Assembly (NCBI GenBank): GCA_964626755.1
Contig: CAZVGO010000004.1
Location: forward strand, 11,272-75,271
Direction of reading: 5' to 3'
Origin: an uncultured Anaerolineaceae bacterium
Lineage (GTDB): Bacteria; Chloroflexota; Limnocylindria; Limnocylindrales; CSP1-4
DNA length: 64,000 bases
This document shows, in pieces, positions 10,223 to 24,759 of the stretch. The position numbers and the translations under genes are program-made. Position 1 is the stretch's first letter. Each line of letters begins with the position of its first letter. The notes under the pieces are model-generated. The model searched no databases. It was not told the origin of the DNA and saw nothing but the letters and a program-made list of their open reading frames with translations.

Positions 10223-12883
10223 GTGAGTCCCAGCCCCCGTCGCCGGTCCCGCGCCCGCGCGGCCGACGCCGCCGTGGAAGTGCCCGGGACCGTCTTCGCC
10301 GAGCTCGATCCGGGCACCGCCGGCGCGCCGGTCGAGCCGGACTGGCTGCGCGACGCCCCGTCCGGTGAGGAGCCCCGCCCGCCCGATCCCGTGGCCGCAG
10401 CTGCCGCCGAGGCCGCCCGCGCGGCAGCCGCCGTCGAGCGAGCCGCCGCGATCGTCGGGGCCCTCAACCCTGAGCAGGCCAGGGCGGTAATCACGACCGA
10501 GGGCCCGCTCCTCATCCTCGCCGGCGCCGGCAGCGGCAAGACCCGCGTCCTCGCCCACCGGATCGCCTACCTCATCGGGGTCAAAGGCGTCCGCCCGTGG
10601 CAGGTCCTGGCGGTCACATTCACGAATCGCGCCGCGGGTGAGCTGCGCGACCGGATCATCGCCCTCGTGGGCGAGGCCGGGCGGGACGTCCAGGCCGGAA
10701 CATTCCACGCGCTCTGCGCCCGCGTTCTCCGCCGGGACGGGGAGGCGATCGGGATCAGCCGGCGCTTCGTGATCTACGACACGGACGACCAGGGTGCGCT
10801 GATGAAGCAGATCCTGCGCGACGAGGACCTGCCGCTGACCGGCGAGTTCCGCCCGTCCGCCGTGCTCGGCGCGATCAGCCGGGCGAAGAACGAGATGCTC
10901 GACCCGACGTTCCTCGAGGAGAACGCCGTCAACCGCCACGAGCGGATCGTCGCCCGGCTGGCGGTGAAGTACCAGGAGCGGCTCCGGAAGGTCGGCGCGC
11001 TCGACTTCGACGACCTCCTCCTCGAGGCGGTCCGGCTGTTCCAGGAGGCACCCGCTGTCCTCGCCCGGTACCAGGATCGGTGGCGCTACCTCCACGTCGA
11101 CGAGTACCAGGACACGAACCGGCCGCAATACCTGTGGGTCCGGGCGCTCGCCGCGAAGCACGGCAACCTCGCCGTCGTCGGCGATGACGACCAGTCGATC
11201 TACCGCTGGCGCGGGGCGGACCTCCGGAACATCCTGGACTTCGAGCGTGACTGGCCAAACGCGGCGGTCGTCAAGCTCGAGCGGAACTACCGCTCCACCC
11301 AGCTCATCCTCGATGCCGCCCACGCGGTCGTCTCGCGCAACACGGAGCGCACCGACAAGAAGCTCTGGACCGACCAGGCCGGCGGCAAGCCGATCCAGCG
11401 CTTCGAGGCGTACAACGAGGAGGAAGAGGCCGAGTGGATCGCCCGCCAGGTCGAGGGGCTGGCCGGCGGCCGCGGCTCGGCGCTCACCCGCCGGGCCGAC
11501 GACGAGGACGGCGTGTTCCGGTTCCAGGACGTCGCCGTGATGTACCGGATGAACGCCCAGTCCCGGGCGATCGAGGAGGCGTTCCTCCGCTACGGGATCC
11601 GCTACCAGCTCGTCGGCGGGACCCGGTTCTACGCCCGGCGCGAGGTGAAGGACGCCCTGGCGTACCTGCGGATCCTCCGCTCGGACGTGGACGCGGTGAG
11701 CTTCGAGCGGGTGATCAACGTTCCGGCGCGGGCGATCGGTGAGAAGACGATCGAGACGCTTCGCGGCGTGGCGGCGCGGGAGGGCGTGTCGACCTGGGAG
11801 GCGATCGAGCGGGGCGCGACCGGCCGGATCGAGACGATGGCGCCGCGGACGCGGAATGCGCTGGCCGAGTTCGCCGCGCTCGTCCGGCGGCTGCGGTCAC
11901 GGGTCGGCATCCTGCCGTTGCCGGAGCTCCTCGACGAGATCCTCGAATCGTCCGGCTACCGGGCGATGCTCGCCGATGGCTCGGAGGAGGGCGAGGAGCG
12001 CTGGGCGAACCTGCTCGAGCTGCGATCGGTCACGACCCGCTACGACGATCTCTCGCCCGAGGACGCCGTCGACCGGCTTCTCGAGGAGACGGCGCTCGTC
12101 GCGGACCAGGACAGCTATGAAGGCGGCGCGGACGCGGTCACGCTCATCACGCTCCATGCGGCGAAGGGCCTCGAGTTCCCGGTCGTCTTCATCGCCGGGC
12201 TCGAGGAGGGCCTCTTCCCGCACAGCCGCGCGCTCGACGACGAGAAGGAGCTGGAGGAGGAGCGCCGGCTGGCGTACGTCGGGATCACCCGGGCGAAACG
12301 CCGCCTCTACCTCTCCCACGCCTGGCGCCGTGCGACGTGGGGGATGGGCCAGGCATCGGTCCCGTCGCGCTTCCTCCTCGAGATCCCGGCCAGCCTGATG
12401 GAGGGACCGCAGCTCGAAGGGCCCGGCGATCCCGAATCCCCGGGCCCACTCGATCTCGACCTCGTCTTCGGTGCCCGGCGGGCGACCCGGTTCGGGACGC
12501 CGGTGCGCGCCGGCGGCGCCGCCTGGCGGCAGGGGAGCGGGCGACCCGGCGCGCCGGCGCCCGGTGAGCCGTTCCGCCCCACCCGCGACCTCGCCGCGCG
12601 CCGCGAAGCGTTCGCCGGCGGCGCCCCGTCCGGTTCCCTCGGTCGACCGGTCGAGGCCGGGCCCGCGCCGTTCCCGTCACCGGCAGCCAGCCGTCCGGTC
12701 ATCCCCGGTGAGCGGCGCTTCCGCGACGGCGACCGCGTCCGGCACGCCCGCTGGGGGGACGGCATCGTCGTGAGCTCGAAGCTCACCCGGAGCGACGAGG
12801 AGGTGATCGTGGCGTTCCGCGACCAGGCGGTCGGGCGCAAGACGATGCTCGCCAGCCTCGCGAACCTCGACGTCGTCGGATAG
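10223..12883 (+). CDS. ATP-dependent DNA helicase, UvrD/PcrA family, with an ~150-aa Pro/Gly-rich C-terminal extension
   Basis: Walker A GAGSGKTRVL, the motifs VDEYQDTNRPQ, ITLHAAKGLEFPVVF and AYVGITRAK. GTG start at 10223. Confidence 0.85.
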   Translation: MSPSPRRRSRARAADAAVEVPGTVFAELDPGTAGAPVEPDWLRDAPSGEEPRPPDPVAAAAAEAARAAAAVERAAAIVGALNPEQARAVITTEGPLLILAGAGSGKTRVLAHRIAYLIGVKGVRPWQVLAVTFTNRAAGELRDRIIALVGEAGRDVQAGTFHALCARVLRRDGEAIGISRRFVIYDTDDQGALMKQILRDEDLPLTGEFRPSAVLGAISRAKNEMLDPTFLEENAVNRHERIVARLAVKYQERLRKVGALDFDDLLLEAVRLFQEAPAVLARYQDRWRYLHVDEYQDTNRPQYLWVRALAAKHGNLAVVGDDDQSIYRWRGADLRNILDFERDWPNAAVVKLERNYRSTQLILDAAHAVVSRNTERTDKKLWTDQAGGKPIQRFEAYNEEEEAEWIARQVEGLAGGRGSALTRRADDEDGVFRFQDVAVMYRMNAQSRAIEEAFLRYGIRYQLVGGTRFYARREVKDALAYLRILRSDVDAVSFERVINVPARAIGEKTIETLRGVAAREGVSTWEAIERGATGRIETMAPRTRNALAEFAALVRRLRSRVGILPLPELLDEILESSGYRAMLADGSEEGEERWANLLELRSVTTRYDDLSPEDAVDRLLEETALVADQDSYEGGADAVTLITLHAAKGLEFPVVFIAGLEEGLFPHSRALDDEKELEEERRLAYVGITRAKRRLYLSHAWRRATWGMGQASVPSRFLLEIPASLMEGPQLEGPGDPESPGPLDLDLVFGARRATRFGTPVRAGGAAWRQGSGRPGAPAPGEPFRPTRDLAARREAFAGGAPSGSLGRPVEAGPAPFPSPAASRPVIPGERRFRDGDRVRHARWGDGIVVSSKLTRSDEEVIVAFRDQAVGRKTMLASLANLDVVG

Positions 12884-12917
12884 CGTCGCGGGCGCCTCCT
12901 GGGCTAGAGTGCCGCCG

Positions 12918-16583
<3,666 letters not shown>

Positions 16584-17060
16584 GCTCGCTCACCTGCGAG
16601 CGCGCCGCTTCCCACTCGGGCTGATCGCCGAAGATCGCCGTCCCGGGGCCCCAGCGCTTGAGCTGGGTCATCGCCGTGACGATCGTGTTGTGCTCGAACG
16701 TCCGTCGCCGGCCGCCGTCGACGCTGCCGGTCACGAAGTATCGCCGCACGAGATCGAACGGCGCCGTCCATTTGCCGATCCGGATGCGGTCGCCCTCGCG
16801 GAGGGACTCGAGCAGCTCGTCGTCGCCGACCGGATGATGGTCGTGCTCCCCGACGTGATGGTGGAGGTCGACGCGCTTGCTCGGATGATCGAGGCTCGGC
16901 AGCCGCCCGTCATCATCGACCGTCCGGTAGCAGACCGGGCACGACGGCAGCTCTGCGTTGGCGCGCGGCGGCGCCCCGTACGGCAGGCCGCAGCGCCGGC
17001 AGAAGCTCGAGCTCGTCGCCCCCGACGGCGTTCCACACTGGAGGCACGCTGTCACGGCCA

Positions 17061-17435
17061 TCAGCCCAGCCTCCGGCCGGACGCGAGTTGGTCGAGCGTC
17101 GAGCGGGTGATCCTGTCGGCCGCCTCCACCCGGATGTGCCAGTACTCGGGCGAATAGAGGCCGGCCGGGCTCCGGGTCACCGTCGGGCGGCCGTGGCCGC
17201 CGGCTTGTTCGAGGGCCGTCGCCACGGCGCCGCCGAGCCGCGCCGGAGAGTCGGGCCGGGGCATGTGGGGATCGAGAGACGCCGCGAGGGCGGAGATGAA
17301 CCGCTCGAGCTCGACCCGGCCGAGGGCGACGACGAGATCCTCGATCCGGTCGGGGTCGGGCGGGGGAGGGCCGGGCTCGGGGGCCGGGCGGGCGAGCTTC
17401 CGACGGGCGCGGTCGAGGCTCTTCTGGACCCACAT
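17061..17435 (-). CDS. Hypothetical protein, translationally coupled to the zinc-ribbon ORF
   Basis: ORF ending in an ATGA overlap with the downstream gene. No recognisable domain. Confidence 0.3.
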   Translation of the reverse strand: MWVQKSLDRARRKLARPAPEPGPPPPDPDRIEDLVVALGRVELERFISALAASLDPHMPRPDSPARLGGAVATALEQAGGHGRPTVTRSPAGLYSPEYWHIRVEAADRITRSTLDQLASGRRLG

Positions 17436-17637
17436 CGTGCGATCTGAACTCCGCTGGCGTGATGCGGTAGTCGGGGGCGTGGTGGACTCCGGACAGGATG
17501 TCCGCAGGGGCGGGGTACTGACCATCCCCCGACGGGGGCCCATCAGTACCGGTCCGGGCCGAGGCCACGCACGAATCGCGCGGTCGGCGGCCGTCAGGTG
17601 GTGCGCCGGGACAACCCTTCGCGGCTATCATCGGCCC

Positions 17638-17952
17638 ATGGCCACCCTCTCGCGGACGGACGTCGCGCACGTCGCCTACCTGGCGCGCCTGGGCCTCACG
17701 GATGCGGAGCTCGGCAGGCTCGAGGGCGAGCTCAACCACATCCTCGACCAGTACGCGGTCCTCGCCCGGCTCGACACGGACGCGATTCCCCCGACGGCCC
17801 AGACGATCGAGCTCGAGAACATCCTCCGGGACGACGTCGTGGCCCCGTCGTTGCCCGTCGACGCCGTCCTCGCCAACGCGGCCCTGACCGAGGGGCCGTT
17901 CATCGCCGTTCCGCCGATCCTCGGCGGGGACGCGACCGGCGAGCCCGGATGA
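17638..17952 (+). CDS. gatC: Glu/Asp-tRNA amidotransferase subunit C
   Basis: [28 protein letters not shown]...; the stop overlaps the gatA start. Confidence 0.85.
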   Translation: MATLSRTDVAHVAYLARLGLTDAELGRLEGELNHILDQYAVLARLDTDAIPPTAQTIELENILRDDVVAPSLPVDAVLANAALTEGPFIAVPPILGGDATGEPG

Positions 17953-19550
17953 CCGTCGCGGGCGATCCGCACGCCCTCGTCCGGCTGGCCGGCCACGAGC
18001 AGGCCGCCCTCCTCCGTGCCGGCACGGTCTCGTCGCGCGAGCTGACCGGCGCCCACCTCGCCCTCGCGGGACGCCAGAACCGGGCACTGAACGCATGGCT
18101 CGTGCTCGATCCGGAGGGCGCCCTCGCCCAGGCGGACGCCGCGGACACGATCCTCTCCGGCGCACGCGCCGCCGGCGCTGCAGCCCTCGATGCGCTTCCA
18201 CCACTGCTGGGCCTACCCGTCGCGCTCAAGGACCTCGTCTCGGTGAAGGGCGGCCAGGCGACGTCCGGGTCGCGGATCCTCGAGGGCTACCTCGCGCCGT
18301 ACGACGCCCACATCACCGAGCGGCTCCGGGCGGCCGGCGCGGTGATCCTCGGCAAGACGAACATGGACGAGTTCGCGATGGGCTCCTCGACGGAGCACTC
18401 GGCGTTCGGCCCGACCGCGAACCCGTGGGCGCTCGACCGGGTCCCGGGCGGCTCGTCCGGCGGTTCGTCTGCGGCCGTGGCCGCGTTCCACGTGCCGTTT
18501 GCGATCGGCACGGACACCGGCGGCTCGATCCGCCAGCCCGCGGCCCTGTGCGGGATCGTCGGGCTGAAGCCGACCTACGGCCGGGTCAGCCGCTACGGGA
18601 TCGTCGCGTTCGCGAGCAGCCTCGACCAGATCGGTCCGTTCGCCCGAAACGCGCGGGACGCCGCGGTGCTCCTCCACGCCGTCGCCGGCCGGGACGATCG
18701 GGACTCGACATCGGCCCCGGTGCCGGTGCCGGACGACCTCCTCCGCCTCCCGGCCGACGACGAAGCCGCGACGTCACTCCGCGGCAAGCGACTGGGGCTG
18801 CCCCGCGAGTACTTCGTCGCGGGCATGGAACCGGGAGTCGAGGCCCGCGTCCGCGAGGCCGTCGCCGCGCTGGAGTCAGCCGGCGCGATCGTCGAGGAGG
18901 TCTCGCTGCCCCACACGGAGTACGGGCTCGCGACGTACTACATCGTCGCGCCGGCCGAGGCGTCGGCGAACCTCGCCCGCTACGACGGGATCCGCTACGG
19001 GCCGCGGCTCGGCGACGGCGACGTGCTGACGACATACCTCGAGACCCGCGGCCGGGGCTTCGGGGCGGAGGTCAAGCGCCGGATCATGCTCGGCACGTAC
19101 GCGCTGTCGGCGGGCTACTACGACGCGTATTACCTGAAGGCCCAGAAGGTCCGAACGCTCATCAAGGGCGACTTCGACGGACTGTTCGGCCAGGGCTTCG
19201 ACGCGCTTGTCGCGCCGACGTCTCCGACCGTCGCCTTCCGGTTCGGGGAGAAGCTGGCCGATCCCGTCGCGATGTACCTGTCCGACGCGTGCACGCTGCC
19301 GGCGAACATGGCCGGCCTGCCGGGCGTGTCGATCCCTTGCGGTCTGTCGGAGAACCTCCCGGTCGGCCTCCAGCTGATCGGCGCGCCGTGGTCGGAGCTC
19401 GAGCTGTTCCGCCTCGCCCGCGGCTACGAGGCGATCACCGCCAGCGCACCGTGGCGCGCGATGGAACCCACGGAGCTCGCACTGGCCGACGACCCGGCCA
19501 CGCCGACGCCGGCCGAGCGCGCGGCGGAACTCGCAGGGTCCCACGCATGA
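17949..19550 (+). CDS. gatA: Glu/Asp-tRNA amidotransferase subunit A (amidase family)
   Basis: Amidase signature [13 protein letters not shown] and [14 protein letters not shown]. Confidence 0.9.
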   Translation: MTVAGDPHALVRLAGHEQAALLRAGTVSSRELTGAHLALAGRQNRALNAWLVLDPEGALAQADAADTILSGARAAGAAALDALPPLLGLPVALKDLVSVKGGQATSGSRILEGYLAPYDAHITERLRAAGAVILGKTNMDEFAMGSSTEHSAFGPTANPWALDRVPGGSSGGSSAAVAAFHVPFAIGTDTGGSIRQPAALCGIVGLKPTYGRVSRYGIVAFASSLDQIGPFARNARDAAVLLHAVAGRDDRDSTSAPVPVPDDLLRLPADDEAATSLRGKRLGLPREYFVAGMEPGVEARVREAVAALESAGAIVEEVSLPHTEYGLATYYIVAPAEASANLARYDGIRYGPRLGDGDVLTTYLETRGRGFGAEVKRRIMLGTYALSAGYYDAYYLKAQKVRTLIKGDFDGLFGQGFDALVAPTSPTVAFRFGEKLADPVAMYLSDACTLPANMAGLPGVSIPCGLSENLPVGLQLIGAPWSELELFRLARGYEAITASAPWRAMEPTELALADDPATPTPAERAAELAGSHA

Positions 19551-19581
19551 GCCCGCGCCCTCATGGCGTAGATTCGACTGA

Positions 19582-20790
19582 ATGAGAGCGACGGACCGTC
19601 CCACACTTCGGGCCCGACTCGCCGAGCGCGCCCTCGCTGAGCGGGTCAACGCTGTCCCGCCGTCCGGGATCCGGCGGTTCTTCGACATCCTCGCGACGAT
19701 GGACGATGTCATCAGCCTCGGCGTGGGGGAGCCGGATTTCGACACGCCGCCCCAGGTCGTCGAGGCGGGCGTGCGCTCGCTCCGCGCAGGGCGGACCCAC
19801 TACACCTCGAACTACGGGACGATCGAGCTCCGTCGCGCGCTTGCCGCCCACCTCGGGAGGCGCTATGGCGTCTCGTACGATCCGGCCCGCGAGCTGCTGA
19901 TCACCGTCGGCGCGTCGGAGGCGGTCGATCTCGCCCTCCGCGCGACCTGCGATCCGGGCGACGAGGTCGTCCTCCACGAGCCGTCGTACGTCGCCTATCC
20001 GCCGGCCGTGACGTTCGCGGGCGGAGTCGTCCGGTTCGTCTCGACTCGGCTCGAGGACGACTTCGCCCTCGACCCGGCCGCGGTCGAGGCCGCGATCACG
20101 CCGCGGACGAAGGCGCTCTTCCTCGGCTACCCGTGCAACCCGACCGGCGCCGTGCTCCCGGACGACATCCAGGACGAGCTTGCGCGGATCGCCGTCCGGC
20201 ATGACCTGCTCGTCTACAGCGACGAGATCTACGACCGCCTCGCGTACGGCTCGTACCGCCACCGGGCGATGAGCGCGCTCGCGGGCATGCGCGACCGGAC
20301 GATCCTCGTGGGCGGCTTCTCGAAGGCCTACGCGATGACGGGCTGGCGGGTCGGCTACCTCGCCGCGCCGGCGGCGATCCTCGAGGGGATCGTCAAGGTC
20401 CACCAGTACGGGATCATGTCCGCCCCGACCACGGCGCAGGACGCGGCCCTGGTTGCGCTCACGTCCGCCGAGGACGATGTCGAGCGAATGCTCGCCGAGT
20501 ACGACCGCCGGCGTCGGTTGTTCGTCGACGGGCTGAATCGCCTGGGCCTCACGACATTCGAACCGCGCGGCGCGTTCTACGCGTTCCCGCGGGTCACCTC
20601 GACCGGCCTCGACTCCGAGGCGTTCGCCCGCGGGCTGCTCGAGGAGGAGCGGGTCGCGGTCGTGCCGGGCAACGCGTTCGGGCCGTCCGGCGAGGGCCAC
20701 GTCCGGGCGTGCTACGCGACGAGCTACGAGCAGCTCGAGGAGGCGCTCGTCCGGATCGGCCGTTTCGTGGATCGTCACCGGCCGGACTGA
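19582..20790 (+). CDS. Pyridoxal-phosphate-dependent aminotransferase, class I (AspC-like)
   Basis: Similarity to class I aminotransferases (GEPDF, NYGT, PCNPTGAV, FSKAYAMTGWRVGY). Confidence 0.85.
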   Translation: MRATDRPTLRARLAERALAERVNAVPPSGIRRFFDILATMDDVISLGVGEPDFDTPPQVVEAGVRSLRAGRTHYTSNYGTIELRRALAAHLGRRYGVSYDPARELLITVGASEAVDLALRATCDPGDEVVLHEPSYVAYPPAVTFAGGVVRFVSTRLEDDFALDPAAVEAAITPRTKALFLGYPCNPTGAVLPDDIQDELARIAVRHDLLVYSDEIYDRLAYGSYRHRAMSALAGMRDRTILVGGFSKAYAMTGWRVGYLAAPAAILEGIVKVHQYGIMSAPTTAQDAALVALTSAEDDVERMLAEYDRRRRLFVDGLNRLGLTTFEPRGAFYAFPRVTSTGLDSEAFARGLLEEERVAVVPGNAFGPSGEGHVRACYATSYEQLEEALVRIGRFVDRHRPD

Positions 20791-20907
20791 TCGCCGGCCG
20801 GACAGACCCGAGTGGTGCGGCCGGGCACCCCTATCTGCGCCGGAGTCCCGCCCACCCCTACCAACGGGCCCTAACCGCCACTAACGTGTAACGACGCGCC
20901 CGGGGCC

Positions 20908-21132
20908 GTGCGTGTCCCCGTTCCGGTCCCCGGCGCATCTTCGGTCCAGCCGAAGCCGGAGGAGCTGGCGATGTCATGGGATGACGTCCCGGTTGGAGTG
21001 GCTCGTCGCGAAGCGGTCCGCCACGTGCGGATTCGCCTCGCCGTGCCGGACGCGATGCCGGACGAATCGACGTTCTTCGTCCTCTCGCTGCTCGGCGGCG
21101 GGTTCCTCGGCTACCTGTTCGGGCTGAGCTGA
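20908..21132 (+). CDS. Small hypothetical protein with a C-terminal hydrophobic helix
   Basis: High GC3 ORF. The start is uncertain; an internal ATG lies at 20971. Confidence 0.25.
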   Translation: MRVPVPVPGASSVQPKPEELAMSWDDVPVGVARREAVRHVRIRLAVPDAMPDESTFFVLSLLGGGFLGYLFGLS

Positions 21133-21164
21133 CTCGCTGACCCCGGCCGCCCTGTCGCGGCCCT

Positions 21165-21446
21165 GTGCGAAACTGTCCGCCGATGGGATTCCTGCTGATC
21201 CTGTGCGGCACGATCGCGGCGACGGCCGGCCTGTACCGGGGGTTCGTCCTTGCCCGCGAGGCACTCTCACCGCTCGCCCACGAGGGCGACCCGACGCGGA
21301 CGGCGATCGAGGCGACACGTCCGTTCCCGGCCCGGCCCCGGGTTCGCCGGTTCGTCAGCCGCGTCCTCGGCGCGGTCGCCTGGCTCGCGGTCGCGATGTA
21401 CGGGCTCTATCTCATCTACCGGGCATCCGAGCTCTCGATCGGATGA
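21165..21446 (+). CDS. Small two-helix membrane protein, translationally coupled to gatB
   Basis: Hydrophobic N- and C-termini. The stop overlaps the gatB ATG (ATGA at 21443-21446). Confidence 0.4.
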   Translation: MRNCPPMGFLLILCGTIAATAGLYRGFVLAREALSPLAHEGDPTRTAIEATRPFPARPRVRRFVSRVLGAVAWLAVAMYGLYLIYRASELSIG

Positions 21447-22936
21447 CCGCCGTCCGACCCGGAGGTGCGTCGGCGGCGGTGCTCGAGCGCTACGAGCCGG
21501 TCATCGGCATCGAGGTCCACTGCCAGCTCCGGACGGCCTCGAAGATGTTCTGCGCGTGCTCGACCGAGTACGACGGCGCGCCGCCGAACAGCCGCGTCTG
21601 CCCGGTCTGCTTCGGCCTGCCGGGCGCCCTGCCGGTGATCAACCGCCGCGCCGTCGAGCACGTCCTCGCGACCGGCCTCGCCGTCGAATCGACGATCCCC
21701 GCCGCGACTCGCTGGGACCGCAAGAACTACTTCTACCCGGACCTGCCGAAGGGCTACCAGATCAGCCAGTACGATCTGCCGCTCGCGTCCGCCGGACGCC
21801 TGACGTTCGACACGTCCGACGGCCCGATCACGGTGGGCATCACGCGCGCCCACCTCGAGGAGGACACCGCGAAGCTTCTCCACACGACGGCACCGGACGG
21901 GCGGCGGGTCAGCCTGGTCGACTTCAACCGTTCCGGGGCGCCGCTCATGGAGATCGTCACCGAGCCGGACGTCCGAACGGCCGAGCAGGCCCGCCGTTAC
22001 GCGGAGGAGCTCCAGCTGCTCCTCCGGGCGATCGGCGCCTCCGACGCGGACATGGAGCGCGGCCAGCTCCGGGTCGAGGCGAACGTGTCGCTCCGGCGGC
22101 GGGGCGAGGACGCCTACGGGACCCGGGTCGAGATCAAGAACATGAACTCGTTCCGGTCGGTCGAGCGCGCGATCGGCAGCGAGATCGAGCGCCAGGCGGC
22201 GGCACTCGACGCCGGCGACTCGATCGTCCAGGAGACGCGGGGCTGGGACGAGAACCGGGGCGCGACGTACGTCATGCGGATCAAGGAATCGTCGGATGAT
22301 TACCGCTACTTCCCGGAGCCGGACCTCCCGCCGCTCCACATCGACACCGCCTGGCTCGACGGGATCCGGGCGGCGCTGCCGGAGCTGCCGTCCGCCCGGC
22401 GGGCGCGCTACCGCGAGGTGCTCGGGCTGAGTCCGTACGACGCGGCGGTCATCGTCGCCGACCCGGACGCCGCGCGCCTGTTCGAGGCGACCCTCGCTGC
22501 GGATCGCGCACTCGACGCGAAGCAGGTCGCGAACTGGGTCACCGGGGAGTACCTTCGCCTGCGCAACGCGTCGGCCGATCCGGTTGCCGTCGATCCATCC
22601 GACCTGGCCCACCTCGTCGGTCGCGTCGCCGACGCGACGATCTCGCGGGCCAACGCGAAGGAGATTCTCGAGCTCCACGTCGCAACGGGCGAACCTGCCG
22701 CCGCGCTCATCGAGGCGCGGGGATTCCGGCAGATCTCGGACGCGGGAGCACTCGCGACGGTCGTCGACGAGGTCCTCGCCGCGAATCCCGCGGCGGTCGC
22801 GGACTATCGGGCCGGCAAGGCCCAGGCCGTCGGTTTCCTCGTTGGGCAGGTGATGAAGGCGACCCGCGGCCAGGCAAACGCGGCCCTCGCCCAGTCGGCG
22901 GTGCGCGAGCAACTCGAGCGCGCGAGGGAGCGTTAG
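21443..22936 (+). CDS. gatB: Glu/Asp-tRNA amidotransferase subunit B
   Basis: YEPVIGIEVHCQL, YFYPDLPKGYQISQYDLP, RSGAPLMEIVTEPD. Confidence 0.9.
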   Translation: MTAVRPGGASAAVLERYEPVIGIEVHCQLRTASKMFCACSTEYDGAPPNSRVCPVCFGLPGALPVINRRAVEHVLATGLAVESTIPAATRWDRKNYFYPDLPKGYQISQYDLPLASAGRLTFDTSDGPITVGITRAHLEEDTAKLLHTTAPDGRRVSLVDFNRSGAPLMEIVTEPDVRTAEQARRYAEELQLLLRAIGASDADMERGQLRVEANVSLRRRGEDAYGTRVEIKNMNSFRSVERAIGSEIERQAAALDAGDSIVQETRGWDENRGATYVMRIKESSDDYRYFPEPDLPPLHIDTAWLDGIRAALPELPSARRARYREVLGLSPYDAAVIVADPDAARLFEATLAADRALDAKQVANWVTGEYLRLRNASADPVAVDPSDLAHLVGRVADATISRANAKEILELHVATGEPAAALIEARGFRQISDAGALATVVDEVLAANPAAVADYRAGKAQAVGFLVGQVMKATRGQANAALAQSAVREQLERARER

Positions 22937-23209
22937 GTGGGCGCGCTCAACCTCGCGCTGTGGGGGGCCGGGATCGCCCTCGTCGTCCTCGGCTACACGC
23001 GGGCGCGCCGGCCGTGGAGCCGCTACCAGGCGCTGAAGGAGCAGGAAGCGAACGTCGCCCGGTACGAATCATGGCGCGGCGGCGTCCGCGACCGGTCGAC
23101 GACCGGTGCGTCGGTGGCGATGGACATGGCCCGCCGGGAGGCGCGCCTGTGGGGCCTCGCGGCGATCATCGGGTTCGTGTTGATCGTCGCCGGTTTCGCG
23201 ATCCGCTGA
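22937..23209 (+). CDS. Small membrane protein (two TM helices) starting at a GTG immediately after the gatB stop
   Basis: ALNLALWGAGIALVVLGY ... LAAIIGFVLIVAGFAI. Confidence 0.35.
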   Translation: MGALNLALWGAGIALVVLGYTRARRPWSRYQALKEQEANVARYESWRGGVRDRSTTGASVAMDMARREARLWGLAAIIGFVLIVAGFAIR

Positions 23210-23699
23210 CCGCCTGGCTCGCCCGAAACCGGCGATGCTCGATCGCCGTGCAGCGATCCATGACGACGGCGAGCCCGCCCTCGTGGGCGATCCGGGCCGC
23301 CTCCCAGCTGACGACACCGAGCTGGAGCCACAGGCAGCGCGCGCCGTTCGCCACGGCCTCCTCGGCGTGCGGGACGCACAGCTCGGAGCGGCGGAAGACG
23401 TCGACGATGTCGAACGGCCCGGTCGCGGCGACGGCCTCGGCGAGCGTCCGGAACGCGGGGATGCCGAGGACGTCGCGTTCGAGCGGGTTCACCGGTACGC
23501 AGTCGAAGCCGTTGTGGACGAGATAGCGGAAGACCCCGAACGAGGGTCGCGACGGCTTCGACGAGGCGCCGACCACCGCGATGCGGCGGGCCGTCCGGAG
23601 GATCTCCGCGATGCCTTCGTCGTCGACGAGGGGGACGGCGCCCCGGGCCTCCTCGAGGTCGAGGACCTCCCGCGCCCGGGCGCGCTCCTCGGCGGTCAC
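23166..23699 (-). CDS. CoA-binding domain protein (YccU/YneT-like)
   Basis: RRIAVVGASSKPSRPSFGVFRYL; CLWLQLGV. Confidence 0.65.
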   Translation of the reverse strand: MTAEERARAREVLDLEEARGAVPLVDDEGIAEILRTARRIAVVGASSKPSRPSFGVFRYLVHNGFDCVPVNPLERDVLGIPAFRTLAEAVAATGPFDIVDVFRRSELCVPHAEEAVANGARCLWLQLGVVSWEAARIAHEGGLAVVMDRCTAIEHRRFRASQAVSGSRNRRRSTRTR

Positions 23700-23712
23700 G
23701 GGACGCCCAGGC

Positions 23713-24759
23713 TCAGGCGCGAGCCTCCTTCTCGTACGGGATGCCGTCCGCGGCCGGCGGGATCGACCGCCCGACGACCCCGGCGAGGATGATGATCGTC
23801 AGGACGTACGGGAACGCGGCGTAGAAGTCGGTCGGGATCGAGCCGAGCACCTGTCCGAGCTGGCCCTCCGGACGGGCGACGCTGATGACGGTCTGGATCC
23901 CGCTCGCCGCGCCGAACAGGAGCGCCCCCCCGAGCGCGCCGAGCGGCGTCCACCGCCCGAAGATCACGGCGGCAAGCGCAATGAACCCGCGGCCCGCCGA
24001 CATCTCGTTCTGGAACGCGCCGTTCGAGCCGATGACGATGTACGCCCCGGCAAGGCCGGCGAGGGCGCACCCGGCGATGACGTTGAGGTAGCGCAGGCGA
24101 ATGACGTTGATCCCCACCGTGTCCGCCGCCTTCGGGTGCTCGCCGACTGCCCGCGTGCGAAGGCCCCAGCGCGTTCGGTAGAGCAGCACCTGGAGGCCGA
24201 TGACGAGGAAGATCACGCTCACCGCGATCGCGTTCGAGTTGAACAGCATCGCGAGGATCGGGCCGACCACCGGGATCTCGGCGATCGCGGCCGGGACCAG
24301 GTTGAGGTCCGGCAGCACCCCGGCTCCGCCGCGACCGGTCGGGGTGATGATGATCCGGTTGAAGTAGCTCGTGATCCCGATGGCGGCGACGTTGAGAAAG
24401 ACGCCGGCGATGATCTGGTCGGCCCGCACGGAGATCGTGAGCCAGCCGTGGACGACGCCGAGGATGGCGCCGACGAGAACCGCCACCGCCACCCCGGCGA
24501 CGAGCGCCGGGAAGTTGCCGATCGAGTCCTTCAGGAGGAAGCCGGTCAGGTACGCGGCGAACGCCGTCGTCAGCATGATCCCCTCGATCCCGATGTTGAC
24601 GACCCCGGATCGCTCGCACATGACCCCGCACAGGGCGCCGAGGGCGAGCGGCGCCGTGAACAGCATGATGATCTCGAGGGCGCTCGGGCTGAGGAAGAGG
24701 ATCTCGACGAGGTAGCGGACGAGGTCGACGAGGAGGCCCGGGATCGCGGTGATGTCCAT
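23713..24759 (-). CDS. ABC transporter permease (BMP/nucleoside-type, second permease)
   Basis: Polytopic membrane protein. The ATG overlaps the stop of the upstream permease. Confidence 0.8.
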   Translation of the reverse strand: MDITAIPGLLVDLVRYLVEILFLSPSALEIIMLFTAPLALGALCGVMCERSGVVNIGIEGIMLTTAFAAYLTGFLLKDSIGNFPALVAGVAVAVLVGAILGVVHGWLTISVRADQIIAGVFLNVAAIGITSYFNRIIITPTGRGGAGVLPDLNLVPAAIAEIPVVGPILAMLFNSNAIAVSVIFLVIGLQVLLYRTRWGLRTRAVGEHPKAADTVGINVIRLRYLNVIAGCALAGLAGAYIVIGSNGAFQNEMSAGRGFIALAAVIFGRWTPLGALGGALLFGAASGIQTVISVARPEGQLGQVLGSIPTDFYAAFPYVLTIIILAGVVGRSIPPAADGIPYEKEARA

